DNA from: Gemmatimonadota bacterium
GTDB lineage: Bacteria > Gemmatimonadota > Gemmatimonadetes > Palauibacterales > Palauibacteraceae
Direction of reading: 5' to 3'
Length of the DNA stretch: 64,000 nt
Assembly: GCA_963666735.1 (NCBI GenBank)
Contig: OY762926.1
Span: 3,912,541-3,976,540 of the forward strand
In this document: positions 62,711 to 64,000 of the stretch, in pieces
How the letters are laid out: every line of letters starts with the position of its first letter
How positions within the stretch are numbered: position 1 is the first letter of the stretch
The notes under the pieces: generated by a model
The model's input: the letters and a program-made list of their open reading frames with translations, nothing else
Database searches by the model: none
What the model was told of the DNA's origin: nothing
Position numbers and translations under genes: made by a program

Positions 62711-64000
62711 GTCTCTTCGGCCGCGTCCGAGAATACTTGCGCCCCGTGAACCGGCCGCCGGCCGGCGGCCGCCGGGACGCGTGGGTCCACCACGGATTCC
62801 GGGCCGGGATGGTCGCCGGCATCGCCCTCGCCGTCCCCCTGATGTTCCCGCAGAGCACGCCGACCGGGTTCGACGGCATCGACCCCGGCAGCGTCGCCCG
62901 GCAGACGATCAACGCCGACTTCGATTTCGACGTGCCCAAGGACTTGGACCGCCTCCGGGAGCAGCAGGACGAGGCGGAGGCGGCGGTGACGCCCAGGCTG
63001 CGGTTCGAGCCGGCGCGCGCGGACAGCAGCATCGAGCGCGTGAACGCCTTCTTCGCACAGCTCGATTCCATCATTCCCGCGGCGGAAGCGCGAGTCGCCG
63101 CGGATGGACTCCCGGCCGCCGCCGGCGCCGCGCTCGTCCGGGGCGAGGTCCGGCAGGTCGCGGGCGGGATCGGGATCGACCTCTCGGCCGAGGGGGTGAT
63201 CGACTCGCTCCAGGTCGAGTACCTCCTCGACGGGACGTCGCGCGGCCAGCTGCGCGATGAACTCGCGATGGCCTTCGAGGGCCTGCGCGAGGGTGTGATC
63301 CGCGGGAGCGAACTCGCGGACATCAGCTCCGTGAACGTCGTCGTGCGCGAGGGGTCGGCAGGCGACGACCGGGTGCGCCCCGTCGGGGAGCTCGTCAGGC
63401 TCGGCGACTTCACGCGGACGGCACGGGAGGGGGTGGGAGATCGGCTGCCGCCCGGGGGCGCGGCGCTCTTCCAGCAACTCGTCCTCGTGGGACAGCCGAC
63501 GCTGCGCATCGACCAGGACGCGACCCGGCAGGCGCGGGAGCAGGCCCGGGCCGCGATCCCCCAGGTCGAGGGCTTCGTGCTTGAGGGAGAGCGCATCATC
63601 ACCGAGAACACGGTGGTGACGGAGGAGGACCACCGCCGACTCCTCGCCTATCAGGCCCGGATCCTGGGCCGCGGGGGAGCGCGCACGACATCGGACTTCC
63701 TCCGCGGCGTGGGCATGGTCCTCCTCGTCGTGAGCATGCTCGGAATTCTCGTCTTCGCGACGTTCCGCTTCCGCCGCGACGTGTACGAGGATCTCCCCAG
63801 CTTCACCGTGTTGCTCGGGCTCGTCGTCATCGTGATGGCGTCGGCCGGGGCCGTGGCCGCCGCCGGGGGCTCGCCGGCGCTCGTGCCGGTCGCGTTGGCC
63901 GGCCTCCTCGCCGCGGCGCTGTTCGACAGCCTGCTGGGCCTCGTGGTCGTTTCGACGATCACCGGGATTCTCATGGGCCAGCCGTACTTCGCGGGACTCG
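62707..64000 (+). CDS. 7TM receptor with intracellular HD hydrolase (PgpH/YqfF-like), 5' part; continues beyond the window
   Basis: Translated by hand from TTG 62707: extracytoplasmic domain, then a hydrophobic 7TM start ([30 protein letters not shown]...). A phoH-adjacent position for this protein is conserved synteny. It is not in the ORF track because there is no stop within the window. Confidence 0.6.

Overview
This is a very high-GC (about 70%) bacterial chromosomal segment with dense coding and frequent 4-nt ATGA/TGATG start-stop overlaps. The gene content (secreted PD40-amidohydrolases, CarboxypepD_reg-type TonB receptors) suggests a Gemmatimonadota- or Acidobacteriota-like organism; that is an inference. 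Most of the long alternative-frame ORFs in the supplied track are high-GC artefacts. Recognisable content, in order: a lipoprotein and outer-membrane-protein pair, miaB, a LapA-like small membrane protein, comEC, fbp, a TonB-dependent receptor, a MacA-like adaptor with two FtsX-type permeases and no ATPase, and a minus-strand purine operon (purB-purC-purS-purQ-purL-purF) ending in a UshA-like 5'-nucleotidase. A complete ISNCY (IS1202-group) insertion sequence with a frameshifted transposase lies between purB and a DegP-like protease. Then follow truA and a split trp locus (trpD, divergent lexA, trpC-trpF-trpB). Directly after trpB is an AhpD/CMD-family gene with an in-frame TGA at the redox-active Cys position, which is a selenoprotein candidate. 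Further genes are a VOC protein, an orphan amino-acid substrate-binding protein, two tandem giant PD40-amidohydrolase paralogs, arginase, a RelB/ParD-RelE/ParE toxin-antitoxin pair, an S9 peptidase, trpA, an FG-GAP/LVIVD protein, a CDGSH Fe-S protein and a TerB-like-acyl-CoA oxidase fusion. A lower-GC islet carries a secreted beta-propeller gene and a degraded integrase N-terminus. The window ends with an ADP-ribosylglycohydrolase coupled to an RqcH-like NFACT protein, an HD protein, a LytR_C protein, rlmN, aspS, phoH and a partial PgpH-like 7TM-HD gene. No rRNA, tRNA or CRISPR array was recognised. The findings I rank highest are the Sec-candidate CMD gene, the IS element with its 17-bp flanking direct repeats, the integrase remnant in the low-GC islet, and the NFACT-ADP-ribosylglycohydrolase coupling.
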